This document shows, piece by piece, positions 23,846 through 36,904 of a DNA stretch of 64,000 nt. A program made the position numbers and the translations under genes. The stretch lies in contig NC_073397.1 in NCBI RefSeq assembly GCF_028641065.1, positions 22,196,001-22,260,000 of the forward strand. Reading direction: 5' to 3'. Source of the DNA: Leucoraja erinacea (lineage: Eukaryota). Position 1 is the stretch's first letter, and each line of letters starts with the position of its first letter. Under the pieces are notes generated by a model. It was not told the DNA's origin and searched no databases. It was given only the letters and a program-made list of their open reading frames with translations.

Positions 23846-25317
23846 TTAGAGAAAAATAAATGGGCAAAATCAAAGCTGGAAAGAAATAGTCAAATTACAA
23901 CAATTTGAACATCCCACCACAGCCCAAAATTCAAATGAATCCAATGTGAGAAAGATTGATTCAGAATATTTAACACATGGCATTGTTAAAAGGATGCTCA
24001 TGCCTTAAATACCTGCAGCCGATTTGATTTGTGCATACTCTGCAAACACAGCTGCTGACCTGTATTTGGTATTTCTCAATGCGACACCAAACATCAGCAA
24101 AACCAGTCGTGGAACTGGTTTATTTTCTTTCATTCTGCTTCGACTCCTCACCTGAAATTGTTTCATTAGTTACAAGTATAAAACAACAAGTGGCATTAGT
24201 CTATAAAATCTGGCCCAATTTGTAATGCTGAATGCAGTTGGCAATTTGATCATATTGCTTATGTTCGTTAATCTGCCAATTAGTGACATCATTTACCAGT
24301 TTTTAATGCTATTTTCATTGCCTTAAACTGCTTAGCTTTGAAACATTGCTGGATATTTCAAATTATATATACATACATTTGGTGTTCTCCAATATTAGAA
24401 CTGTAGGCTATTGCACAATTTGTTTTTTTCAATTAATGTAATTGTCTCTTCTATCAATGATAGACAAAACCAATATTGAAAAACTATGTTACTTCAGTAA
24501 GAATTTGCTATTATGAAGAGGTTTTCAATGAAGTACTCCTATGTCAAGATTTTTTATTTCACATCGGTGATGTAATCTGTTTGAATTTTTCTTTATTCAT
24601 TTTATCTTCATCTGTTAAATACTTTCCATGTTGCTTAGATTTCTTTACTTGGCAGTTGTTGCAATGATATTGTATTTTCATTAATGTTTGTTTCATACTG
24701 TCTCTTCATCTAGCCTTGTTACACTATCCTTCTGTTTTTTACTTTAATTATTTAGTCATTTCAAGGGCATTTGTCGTTTGTCTCCGTCACCCCATTGGAA
24801 GTAAGTTCCAAATTTTAAGTATTCTTTAGATAGTGATGTTTCTCTTGAATTCCTTATTGGGTTTAACTAATGGTTTTGTCTTTTGTGTTTTGTCTTTTCG
24901 CTGCCTTTTCTGATCCTCCAGCCCCACATCTGCTTTTTGTCTTATTTTCTTTTGTGATGCATGTTCTAATCCAATTTTCTCTCATGAGGCTCTCATAATA
25001 TACTTCAAAAAAGTATGAACATTGCAACAGGAGTAAACCACTCAGCATCTCAGATGTCTGCCATTAAATCAAAACTGATCTGCATCTTCATTCCATCATT
25101 TTATGTGGTCTACAATCACCCTCTCATGTCTCAGCAACAGCACAATGCGCTGTGTAATCCTGAACAATTGAGGCCTGCATCACACTTTGATTTAATAATG
25201 CAGCATGGAGTGGGCTAGAGATCCTATTTGGAATATATGCCATGACGCCAATTTAAGCAGGACCTTAGGGGATATAATCACTGGATTATTACCCAACTGG
25301 TGTACAAATTGTGCTAC

Positions 25318-25870
25318 AGTGGCCTCCATAATGTTTGGGACAAAGACCCATCATTTATTTATTTGCCTCTGTACTCCACAATTTAAGATTTGTAATAGAA
25401 AAAAAATCACATATGGTTAAAGTATACATTGTCAGATTTTATTAAAGGCCATTTTTGTACATTTTGATTTCACCGTGTAGAAATTACAGCAGTGTTTATA
25501 CATAGTCCCTCCATTTCAGGGCACCATAATGTGTGGGACACATGGCTTCACAGGTGTTGGTAATTGCTCAGGTGTGTTTGATTGCCTCCATAATGCACGC
25601 ATAAGAGAGTTCTCAGCACCTAGTCTTTCCTCCAATCTTTCCATCACCTTTGGAAACTTTTATTGCTGTTTATCAACATGAGGACCAAAGTTGTGCCAAT
25701 GAAGCTCAGAAGCATGTTATTATGAGTGAGAAACAGGAATAAAACTGTTAGAGGCATCAGCCAAACCTAAGGCTCACCAAAATCAACTGTTTGGAACATT
25801 GTTAAGAAGAAAGAGGGCACTGGTGAGCTTACTAATCGCAAAGGGACTGGCATGCCAAAGAAGCCCACCA
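25318..25870 (+). mobile_element. Tc1 family B 5' fragment
   Basis: TA|CAGTGGCCTCCATAATGTTTGGGACAAAGACCCATC TIR start; transposase N-terminus MRTKVVPMK..; broken by a CR1 piece. Confidence 0.85.
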
Positions 25871-26155
25871 CTAACCAAATGTGCGGCTATTTCATCTTTT
25901 ATAATTGACTCCAGCATCTTCCCCACCACCGATGTAAGGCTAACTGGTCTATAATTCCCTATTTTCTCTCTCCCGCCTTTCTTAAAAAGTGGGATAACAT
26001 TAGCAATCCTCCAATCCACAGGAACTGATCCTGAGTCTATAGAACATTGGAAAATTATCACCAATGCATCCACGATTTCTAGAGCTACTTCCTTAAGTAC
26101 TCTGGGATGCAGACCACCAGGCCCCGGGGATTTATCAACCTTCAGTCCCATCAGG
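25871..26155 (-). mobile_element. Young CR1 RT internal fragment
   Basis: LKVDKSPGPGGLHPRVLKEVA..WRIANVIPLFKKGGREKIGNYRPVSLTSVVGKMLESII. Confidence 0.9.
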
Positions 26156-27779
26156 TAGTAGCCAGCTACATGAAAGTGGCACCACCTGTGATCTCTTCCA
26201 CTTGAAGGATCTGTTGGAGCCTCAACAGACTGCCACCTTTCTGCATTAGCTGGAAATTGTGTGAATATACATGATCTCTGCAAACCCTTTGTCCTCTATA
26301 ATTATCTCTGTTATTAATTTACAATTTTAACACATCTACCCTCAGTATGTTGTGTTAAGTCCACTGAAATATTTAGGTGTAATTTTATTCAGTCTGCAGA
26401 GCTTTATAAATGTAAGAAACTAAGCAAGTGATGTATGCTATATTGTAAACATCTGAGAACACTTAAAAAGGAATGGAAGGAGATATTTCAGTGCAAGTTA
26501 GGGTATGTTGGGATGTTTATTAAAGGTGATCTAGACCATTCACTCAGTTATAGAAGTATGCAGACAGATGGACAGTGGTATCACAAAATTTTGATACAAA
26601 TAATGGACTGCTGTAGTTGCTTTTATTAAGGTAGTTTTGGAAATATTAATTTATTACATCGATTGTGAAGCATATTTCCAACAGTAAATGCCAGATTTGA
26701 GTGATTGCAGTTGTTGAGAGATCATCCATCATGAAAGCTTAAGCCCAGTTAAATAGTCTGTCAGGATCTGTTTTTATTTGCCTTGGGTCACTCTTCATTG
26801 GAAGGGATGCAGTGAATAAGCAGTGCGTAATCCCTTGATACTAAGTGAATTTTATTCTAGGAATGTGTAAAGCCGTCTTATGGATGTGCACTGTGTATTA
26901 TTCCAACAAGTAATTACACTAAAGTGGTGACATTAAAGCAACTGTGATTGCAGAAAATGATCAGCAAATTAGATCTTATTACTGGGCACATCAAAAACTA
27001 GCCTTAATACTTTAACTCTGCCAGTAATAATGTTGTGTAATCATCTATCAGACAGATACAGCCTAGATCTGACTGGGATATTGCCAAAGATCTATATTTT
27101 AATAACTATTATTTTCCAGACTTGTTTTTATCAGTGTTTCAATTTGTTATAATTCAAATGAAATAATTCATATTGACAGATAATAGTTGACAGATTTGAA
27201 TGATTGCAAATGATTTTGTACAAAGATTTGTAATAAACTACAAATGTAATTCTATTTACTATATTCTCCTTCCTGATACAGATATATTATTCAATGAAGA
27301 TTTTTGTTCTGTTAGTTTAAATGTTAAGAATGTTAGTTTAAAAAGGTTTACAATGAACTTGTGGCTGCTCAGCCGTTCACTAAGATCATAGCTGGTCAAA
27401 TCTGTGGGCATCACTCAGTTTTTCAGACAGAAGCCTGCACCCCTTGATTACCCAACTATTAGTTTTTACATAAGAATGCCATTTGGTGCATTGAATTTGT
27501 TCCTGCTTTTAATTTTCTTTCCTGCTCTTTCCCAATAAGTGTCTATTCAGTTTGTTTTTGAAAGTGCCCATTTTGTTTTCACCATCACTATAGGTCTTGA
27601 GTTCCACAAGCTACAACAACCTGGGTGTTTTTTTAAATAATTTTTCCTTGTGTCTTTTGGCAATGATATTGCATCAGTACCTCTGGTCCTTGAAACGTGT
27701 GTTAATGGCCACAACTTCTAAATCTATTTAGGTCAAATCGTTCCTATAAGCCTTTATTTTGAAGAATCAAATTCCAGTC

Positions 27780-28240
27780 TAACCTCGGCATACTGCCTCT
27801 GCAAGGACACCTGCATAATCAAGGATGATTCTCACTTCCTCTTCTCCCCTCTCCCATCAGGCAAGAGGTACAGAAGTGTGAAAACATAGCTCCAGATTCA
27901 GGGACAGTTTCTTCCCGTCAGGCAACTGAGCTAGAGAGCGGTCTTGAGCTACTATCTATCTCATTATAGACCCAAGGTCTATCCTTAATCTGGCTTTACT
28001 GGACTTTATCTTGTGCTAAAAGTTGTGTTAAAAGTGAAATATTCCTCATACAGTCTGCACTGTCATGTTTCCCCCATAAGCTTCTATCTTTAGACTTTAG
28101 AGATACAGCGCGGAAACAGGTCCTCTGGCCCACCAAGACTGCGCCGATGGAAAAGTCTTGATCTGAAACGTCACCCTAGCCATGTTCTCCAGAGATGCTG
28201 CCTGACCTGCTAAGTTATTCCAGCACTCAATGTTGGGTTG
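27780..28240. mobile_element. Cluster of short remnants: Rex1 3' piece, SINE tail, Penelope tail
   Basis: cataatcaaggat..ctcccatcaggcaagaggtacagaag (Rex1); agatacagcgcggaaacagg (SINE/LINE tail); gaaacgtcaccc..agagatgctgcctgacctgct (Penelope tail). Confidence 0.55.
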
Positions 28241-28611
28241 TGGTGATAGCAGCCTGAAGTAAACATGCCCTGGCCACTGTCCATGTTTTCTATCCATCTG
28301 TACTTGTCTGACCTGGAGTAAGTGAGCGGTTGTTCTCCGAGACCCTAATTAAACCTCGGGTAGGGTTGTGAATGTCAAGTGCTCAGAATGCCCCTGATCA
28401 ACTTATCTGAAGGGAAACTTGGAGATGAGCTACTCTCTGTTAAAGCTGTTAAAAGGTTTTTAAGTGTTTAAATGTCCTGGGTCTTCAGAACCATCTAAGG
28501 AATTAATTAAAATATAAACCAAGTTGTGTGACTTTAGACTACCTACCCTTTTGCTTTCTAGTAGACAGATTTTGATCAAAATCAATGGGTCTATAAATAT
28601 ATGCCAAGTAT

Positions 28612-29085
28612 GTCAATAGACAATGGGTGCAGGAGTAGGCCATTTGGCCCTTTGAGCCAGCACCGCCATTCAATGTGATCATGGCTGATCTTCCCCAATC
28701 AGTACCCCGTTCCTGCCTTCTCCCCATATCCCCTGACTCCGCTATTTTTAAGAGCCCTATCTAGCTCTCTCTAGAAAGCATCCAGGGAACTTGCCTCCAC
28801 CGTGCTCCGAGGCAGAGAATTCCACACTCACCACTCTCTGTGAGAAAAAGTGTTTCCTCGTCTCCGTTCTAAATGGCTTACTCCTTATTCTTAAACTGTA
28901 GCCCCTGGTTCTGGACTCCCCCAACATCGGGAACATGTTTCCTGCCTCTAGTGTGCCCAAGCCCTTAACTATCTTGTATGTTTCAATGAGATATCCTCTC
29001 ATCCTTCTAAACTCCAGAGTGTACATGCCCAGCTGCTCCATTCTCTCACCATATGACAGTCCCGCCATCCCTGGAATTAACTTTG
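28612..29085 (-). mobile_element. Young CR1 3' end with 3' UTR
   Basis: GLSYGERM..YTLEFRRMRGYLIETYKI..SRTRGYSLRI; 3' UTR ..ggcctactcctgcacc..(CTATTGT)n. Confidence 0.9.
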
Positions 29086-29164
29086 AATGTTAGATTCAAT
29101 TTAAGATTGAAGAGGTGATATACCTAGTATAGTGTTGGATCCCAGCAAGGTTGCATTTCATTTA

Positions 29165-29287
29165 AGAAAGAACTACAGATGCTGGGAAAATCAAAGGTAG
29201 ACAATAATGTTGGAGGAACTCAACAGGTGAGGCAGCATCTATGGAGAGAAGGAATAGGCGACGTTTCTGGTCGAGACCCTTCTTCAG
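29165..29287 (-). mobile_element. Solo Penelope terminal repeat with hammerhead-like core
   Basis: The reverse complement reads CTGAAGAAGGGTCTCGACCAGAAACGTCGCC..ctccatagatgctgcc..ccagcatctgtagttc, similar to 8608-8732. Confidence 0.75.
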
Positions 29288-30374
29288 GCATTTCTATCTG
29301 TCAATCAGTAATCTCAGATTTCCTCACATGGCAGTGCATAGTTTCAGACTAACTCCAACCAGCAATGTTCATCCCACTAACTTCCATAAAACTGAATTTT
29401 GGAAGCGGAGTACAATTTGTTTAGACTTCAATAGCGCATCTTCCATTAGCGCATGCTAATTTTTTACCAGTGTAATAAATATTTGTTTGCCTCAGAACGT
29501 ACCAAGGGCTCCTTGACATTTCTGTTACTGTTTATAAGGATTCTGTTTATTCTCTGAAGATATCAAACACACATAGAAACCAGTTTATTTTATGTTGTTA
29601 GTAATTGCTTTCAGCCTAGACACATCTCTCCCCCATTCAATCCATATGTCGTAGATGTAATTGAAGCTGGTTTGTGGTGTGGAATTACTGTCATTGTGAA
29701 TTGGATGTAATTGTTTAGATTCATCATAAGGGACTTGCAGATAAAATACAGTGAATACTTCAGATTCAGATTCAATTTTAATTGTCATTGTCAGTGTACA
29801 GTACAGAGACAACAAAATGCATTTAGCATCTCCCTTGAAGAGCGACATAGCAAACGAATACTTAAGTTGAAGTTGTATTTTGTGAACTTTGTGTTGACAT
29901 TGATTATTTGTTTTAATTGTATATTCAAATTTGCACTTATTGGTAGTAATAAAAGATGGGTGTAACTGAACTTGCTTTACATTTACAATGGGAATCAAGA
30001 ATAGACTTTGCAGGATTTCTCTCTACAAAATGTTATGTTTCTGATCAGGTAAGACCAGCTGCAAGAAACTAGGTAATTTATTGTAACATATTAAAAGATG
30101 TGACCTTTTGAAGAGAGGATGATTCTATATATCCTAGTTGTTATTCGATTGCATCCCATAAGATTTTTCATTTGCAAAGTTCTAACTTGTGCTGGAAATG
30201 GAATTATATATGTTTACCACACCATGTTTTTTATCACCATACCTGATAATTGGATGACTCTGACCTATTGTCCCTTAGGACCGAACAATGGAAAACCTGT
30301 ACAGAAAGTAAACCTATTGTTAAATGAAAATGTATTTGTTTAATGGACAACTCTCAATCTTCTGTTTCCTAAAG

Positions 30375-30476
30375 TTGGATCCTTTGGAGAAGGAGTGGCT
30401 GAAGTGTGCTGCCATTGGACATTTAGCCGCTTTGAGTGATCTTCTCAGGCAGGATCCATCTCTGGCAATGAAAAAG
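30375..30476 (+). CDS. sowah: Sowah coding exon: LDPLEKEWLKCAAIGHLAALSDLLRQDPSLAMKK
   Basis: ttcctaaag acceptor, AAG|gtaaca donor, 102 nt phase 0; SOWAH pre-ankyrin motif LD..E.EW...AA.G......LL..DP.LA.K. Confidence 0.93.
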
Positions 30477-31626
30477 GTAACAATTGCCACATGTGATACT
30501 GAAAAATTACATGGAGAAATAAATGCAACCAAAATATAATAGTTTAAAAAAAAGAAGATAAATGCAATAGTTTCTTGGTGCATTAATTTAAAAGAAGCTT
30601 AATTCAAGCATTTTTTTAGCATAGACTTTAAGTTAAAACTGCTGCATTAAGACCTGACCTGGGAGAGTAATATTCTGCCAACTTTTCCAATCAATATTGA
30701 TCAAATAAATTTAAACTGCACACTATGGCCTGCACACTTGAGTTATCTGATTCATATATGCAGAAACTAAATTTTCTTACTGAAGTGTTCAGTCTTCAGT
30801 TATTACTCCACACTTGGAGTTTCTAGTTTCCTGTAATTGCTCTATATTCAGGGCAATTCCCCAGGTATCAGGAATTTAAACCCCTAGTGTGCAGTTGCTT
30901 GTAACTTAAGTAACAGATAGGTAACAACTTATGCCATTGAAAGGGTATGGGTCTCTCAGGCATCACAGTTATATTACAAATATTTCCGAATAATCAAAAA
31001 AAGTTAAAGGCTAAAATTTTGGGCCACTCAAGTAAGTATTGCAAATATTAACAGCAGGCGGGGCTACTTACTCTTAAGAGTTGCACCTATTCGCCACGCA
31101 TATTAGTTTTACTAAGTATTTAATGTAACATTTGGCACAAATATCAATTCTAATCAAGTAATCAGGAACTGTGATTGGAGTTTCCAGTGAGAGCTGTTTA
31201 TCTTGTGCATACCTGAATTATTGCCTTTATAAATAATGAAATAATTTCACTCGAAGTGGTAGATCAGACCGCAACTAATTCATAGCTTACAAAAAAAAAT
31301 TTGCTCCAACTCCTTGGCGGTCAGTTTCTGGTGGAGTCCACCTCCACGGGTTCTAGAGGAGGCCTTTGTGGAAATAAAATGCAGATTTTTTTTTATTGAT
31401 TGAAAGAAAGCATGGAAATTCTGAATTGAAAAAATTCTGAATTTCAAAAGGAAATCTGGCTCATCAGGATTAACATGCAAATTCACCATCTATTGGATGT
31501 ATTATGCAATGTAATTAAGATAATTTCATGTTATTAAAAATCTGTTCTTTGTCGGTTCTGTAAAAGCTCCAAGAAAATGCATTAAAAATGTTTCTCTTCC
31601 ATGTAAACTTCCATGAAATTCTGAAG

Positions 31627-31638
31627 GACTTCACATCT
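31627..31638 (+). CDS. sowah: Sowah 12-nt microexon: DFTS
   Basis: ctgaag|GACTTCACATCT|gtaagt; supplies the KDFxS of the SOWAH KDFxSGFTALHW motif; about 50 nt AG-free upstream. Confidence 0.88.
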
Positions 31639-31804
31639 GTAAGTATGATTCTTGTCACTTCCAGGTTTTATTTTTATCTTTGAATACAATTTAAATGTGC
31701 AGTATTTAAAACTTGTTCAATACATGTTAGGCTCATTCCATATTGGGCTATTCAATATCAATAACATTTGCACAAAAAGTTAGATGATCTGACAATGCTG
31801 ACAA

Positions 31805-32952
31805 CAGGCACGTGCTGTGAGTAATTACTCAGGGTAGGTAGTCAGTCGGCTTTTAAAAAATCTTAAACGGCGCATGCGCAGATTGTTCTCCTCTCCATAA
31901 GCTGTCAGTCGATTTTTATAAAGTCTTCAAAAGCCATATCTCTTAATAAAGTAACGTATTTCCCGGCAATGAAGAGGCACCCCCATTTTGAGTTGCTAAA
32001 TTTTGAAAGAAGGCTGGTGGGACATAGAATTTCTCACACTCAAAAAAATTAAAATAAGGAAAGTAACAATTCAATTTTCCCAAATCTCCTTCATTCTGAA
32101 TTACTGAATGGGTGCGGGGTGGAGGGTGATGGCAGGTGGAGAGATGGTGGGAAAAACGGGAGCACACTGGGACGTTGAATCAGTTGTGATCTTATTGAAT
32201 GACAATACTAGTTCAAGGGACCAATTGGGGGGAGAGTTCCTTTCACAGCGTGTGGTGAGTGTGGCCAGCGGTAAATTTGCGGGGAGGGCAGCAATGTTGA
32301 GAAGGAGGGGGCCGCGGTGCTCCAGGCGTGGAGCCACCGCATTGTGGCCGGGGAGGGAAGCAGCTCGGGTGGCTGTGAGCGGCCGCCAGGACCGGACAGC
32401 GGAACCGTCCGCCGGGTCCTCGGGGCCTGCCGGCCCGCTAACTTCTGGCAGTGCTCAACTCCGGCCCGCTCACCTCTGGCTGAGTAACCACAATTGGTCC
32501 CTTGATCGCGGTGTCGGAATTTAAGGATTTGCGGAAAGCTGCTGACATTGGCGAGGCCGGCGAGCGGCAGGAGAGAGGTTTTCAGCCGGAGAGCACTGCC
32601 AGTAGTGAGCCGGCCAGCAGAAGGCGCTGAGGTGGCGGCCGCTCGCAGCCACCCGGACTACTTCTCCCCCCCGGCCACAATGCGATGGCTCCGCGACCGG
32701 AGCGTCGCGGCAAGTGAGTTGCTGGCATGATCCCCGACCCCCTCCTTCTCAACGCTCCTGCCCTCCCCGCAACTTAACCCCGGGCCAGACTCCCCACACA
32801 CTGTGAAAGGGACTCTTTTCCCACCCCCCAGCGGCGCTGTCCTTTTACAGCCGCTTCCCATCAGCTGCGAGCAATGAAGGATAGACTTGGCTATCCCTCA
32901 GTACAGCAACATCGTTCTTGAAATAGCGTCTTCACTGCAAGGAAATACGGTA
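31805..32952 (+). mobile_element. Composite GC-rich repeat, copy 2; includes a Tc2/pogo-type MITE (~31954-32950)
   Basis: TIR TA|ACGTATTTCCCGGCAATGAAGAGGC at ~31952-31978 pairs with GCGTCTTCACTGCAAGGAAATACGG|TA at ~32926-32952 (CCGTA-type termini, TA TSD); homologous to 4607-5896. Confidence 0.75.
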
Positions 32953-33911
32953 TTTAAAAAAATATAACTCCAATAAATTTACTTACCATATTATTTGTAC
33001 CTGAACCCTATTCTTCTCTTTTTGTTTCCTAAAATGCTGTTAAGATAAGGACAATCCATGTTTGACAAACCCGCCAAGAAACTTGCCCTGCGCATGCGCT
33101 GTAGGCTGCTGTGCATGCGCAGTACCCAGTCCACGCTGCAAAGGCAGAATTTCAGCTACCTTCAGCTCGCCTTGAAATTGACGGCTTTAAGCAGTGTCGA
33201 AGGCACGTCAGCTGCACAGACTTTAGCGTGTTACAAGCATTGCGGATGAAAGGCATGGGAGAATTATGCCAACCTAAGAGATCGATTTCATGGCCCTATT
33301 ACAAAGAAAAACTGAATTTATCCCTGATGTCTATATAATATTTATCTCTCAAACCTAACAGCATATTAAGAAAATAATTAGCCATTATACTATTGCTGTT
33401 TTGGGGATTTTTCTATGTAAACTTCTAAAATACCTAATTGCAAAAACACTTTTGAAGATCCCAAGTTCTTATAAGACTCATGTGGTTTTACTGCATTGAA
33501 ATGTGGGAATTAATTCACAACTGTTGATATGCCTCTGTCTGAACGCTTTGTAAATTACTAAGGATTTTTATAAATATCTGTCACTGACCACTGTTAAAGA
33601 TTGTGTTAATTTCATGTAAACTCTTGCTTTTTTCCAATAACAATGCATATCTCTCTTCTCAGTAATTATAGCCTGTAAAACTGCTTTAATATTAACAATT
33701 ATAATTATTTTAAATATCGAAGAGATACAAATCCAAATTGACCAAATACTATTTTGCACGACATACTATCTGCCAATAGATCTCAGTTCATTTTGCTCAT
33801 ACTTTGGAAGTTTCCATTCATGACTGAAATAATGTTTCTTTTTTCTCCTCAACTCCTTTGTAATTGATACTCCTATTAATTCAATCAACTTGAAACAATC
33901 TGTGATGATAG

Positions 33912-33914
33912 GGG
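33912..33914 (+). CDS. sowah: Sowah 3-nt microexon GGG (Gly)
   Basis: tgatgatag|GGG|gtaagt; about 99 nt AG-free upstream with a distal pyrimidine tract (33835-33860); supplies the G of DFTS-G-F. Confidence 0.8.
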
Positions 33915-34351
33915 GTAAGTACATGACCACAATGAAATAATTTTAGTCATGCGCCAAAGTGTGTTGTTTGTTACTGATCAAGGAAGATCTATGTTTAGTC
34001 CATGATGTATGGTGAGTTAATTAATCCCCCCCACAGCTATTGGAGGCAGAGCATTCCAATTGGCATGTGCTAAAGGGGGGAATAAATTGATGACAACTCT
34101 ATTTATCTCATAATTTTCCAAATGCTGCTAACCCCAGGATTTGTAGGTCAAGAGAATGAGATTTCACCTTTGAGGTTATGTGTGAATTATCATTGGAAGT
34201 TGATGCTTTTTAAAATGTACTATAGAATGCCATTGAGTGGCCCTTTTCAAACAACAGAACTTATTTATAAAAAGTAGCGCTTTGTAGTAATTATACTTTT
34301 ATCCAATCCTGACACTAATACTTGAAGAATATAAGTAAAATTTCTCATTTG

Positions 34352-34637
34352 AGGTGGCACAGTGGCGCAGTGGTTGAGTTGCTGCCTTACAGCGATTACG
34401 GGTTCGATCCCAACTACGGGTACTGTCTTTATGGAGTTTGTTTGGAGTTTCTCCCCGTGACCGCGTGGGTTTTCCCCAAGACCTTCAGTTTCCTCCCACA
34501 CTCCAAAAGTTTGTAGGTTAATTGGCTTGGTAGAAATATAAAATTGTCTAGTGTTAATATGCGGGGATCGCTGGTCGGTGCGGACTCGGTAGGCCGAAGA
34601 GTCTCTTTCCGCACTGTATTTCTAAACTAAACTAAAT
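34352..34637 (+). mobile_element. tRNA-derived SINE (V-SINE/HE1-like), near full length
   Basis: Pol III A box TGGCGCAGTGG, B box GGTTCGATCCC, core ctccccgtgaccgcgtgggttttc..tttcctcccacactccaaa, (CTAAA)n tail. Confidence 0.85.
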
Positions 34638-36904
34638 TTCTAACACTTCAACATCTTGTGAATAACTGGATTTTTAAAGAATAATTCCCTCTGGTCATTA
34701 ACATGTCGCAATTGTTCAATTAATTGTGGTAGCAATGACTTGTTAAAATGCTAGGACAAGAGAAAACTATGAAGAAAACTGCCCACATAGATATCAATTA
34801 GAAAAATCAGGGTGAGATTACTTTGCTTAATTATTATCTGCTAACATCTACCTCTTTGCAACTTCGATTAATAATATTTTAAATAAGTACGCTTGAAGAC
34901 ATACAATACTTATCACCTCCATCGGCACGTAATGGCTATAGTATATACCATTTAAGAAACGTGTCAAATTTACTCCCCATGACTACTCCAGAAGAACCTC
35001 CCAAACCTGAGATCTCTTCCACCAAGGAACATGGTCTGAAATGCATGGGAACATCATCAGCTTTGGACTTGCATAGGCTTCCACTCAAGAAAATAGGTGA
35101 AGAAGTAGACGCATCAAGCCTGCACCACAGCTCAATAAAATCATGCCACATCTGCCTGAAACTCCACCAAACGTCAACTTATTGCAATTTCCATGCGGCC
35201 TTCAGTTCCTCAAACGCACAAAAATATATCTCTCTCTAAATATCTCAAGTATTATAATGTAGCCTCCACAGGCCTCTGAGGTGGAGAACTTCCTTTACCA
35301 GTGTGATACCACCATCTGAGAAATTATTGTGCACCACAGTTTTTCCAATGATGGCCTCCATGTCTTTTGAACTATGATTTCCTCACTCTGTTCAAAACAT
35401 TCCCACCCTTGGAAACATTTAAGCAGCATTCCAGCTGTGGATCCAATGTTTCAGTCGTATCACCCCACTTCTATCGATTGTTTATTATATCGAAGAACTT
35501 GTGCAAATTTCTTAACATGATTTCCATTTCATGAAACCACGACTTGGTTTGATTGCATTAAGCTTTTCCTTAGGACAAGCTGTTTTTTACTTGATTATGT
35601 GCTCCAGCATCTCTCTGACTTTAGATGTTAAACTACTGACCTATAGTTTTTAAATTAGACAGTCATATGCACAGCTTTCCAATCTACATGTACCTTCCTG
35701 TAGGTTGTTTAGTTTTGACATTTTTTAACGAACAGCGCTACTATCTCTGCATCCCCTTTCTTTAAAACCCATGGTTGCCGACCATTGGTTCTTGTGGATT
35801 TGTCTGTCTTTTATCCCATTTTCGAATACATTGAGCCTTGTGATCGGATGTTACAATTTCTTCCCTCTTATTTGAGACAAGTCATCTGTGATCCAGGAGA
35901 TATCTGTGTTGCCTTAATGCAAACTATTGATTTAAATGATCTGCCATACTTTAAACTATTTCTCTTGCTAATTCACCAAACTCTCACTCAAGGGGTGCCA
36001 TGCTTAGCTACCATTTTCCCTTGAATATCCTCAGAAGCCTGTTTGGTTTCTTCTAATAATTACTTGCCAGTTTACTCTTGTAACCAATTTTCCAACTTCT
36101 TATTAGCTTTTAAGGCCTGCATTGCTGGTTCTAGAAAAAAGTACAGTCCTGTGGTCAACCATGTGCATTTTGCCACTGTATGTTTTCAGTTTTTGTTTTG
36201 ATTGTCTTTGATCTTTTGTTAATCAGGGATGATTAATCTCTCTTATTTGGGTATCTCTAATTTACTGCAATAATTGCCATGGCTCATGTGACTTTTCCTT
36301 TAGGTTATTTTCCCTATCTCTTCTAGACTAATCTTTTTTTAATGTTCCTATTTAAGTTAGGACATTGATTTTTGAACCAAAGGTGTTCATCTTTAAACTA
36401 TCTGGAATTTTATTATGTGGGGATCACTATTGCCTTGAAGATCCTTAACAACAAAATCTGTTAAATCCCATTCATTACGTATGACCAATTGTAAAATAGC
36501 TTGATTCTGGTTGGCTTGTGTAGCATAATTATCTAAGAAATAATCCCTGATGCACTCCATAAATTTATCCGTTACAGTATTCTTGCTATTTTGACTAATT
36601 TAATCAAGCATATAAATTAAAATCGTCCAAGATAATTCTGTCCTACATTTTATGTTTCCATATTTATGCTTTATCCTACTATAAAGCAACTCTGGGGCCC
36701 CATAGACTCATCCCCTCCCCCCAACCCCAACCTTTCCTCTGCTATTTCTTATTTGCACTAAATTGATTCCACATCACAAACAACTGCACCGATGTAAATA
36801 CCCATCACTGCAATGATATCTTGATTAATAATGATTCTCCTCCTTTCCATTTTTGCATATTCTTTTGGAACATCAAATAGCAGGAAATATCATTCCCAGT
36901 TCTG

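Noticed and set aside
29585-29998. 137-aa minus-strand ORF
   Set aside because: AT-rich, crosses a LINE 3' tail with (ATCTGA)n repeats at ~29760-29850, no recognisable domain.
34352-34412. tRNA-like A and B boxes as a tRNA gene
   Set aside because: Continues into a SINE core and tail; no complete cloverleaf.
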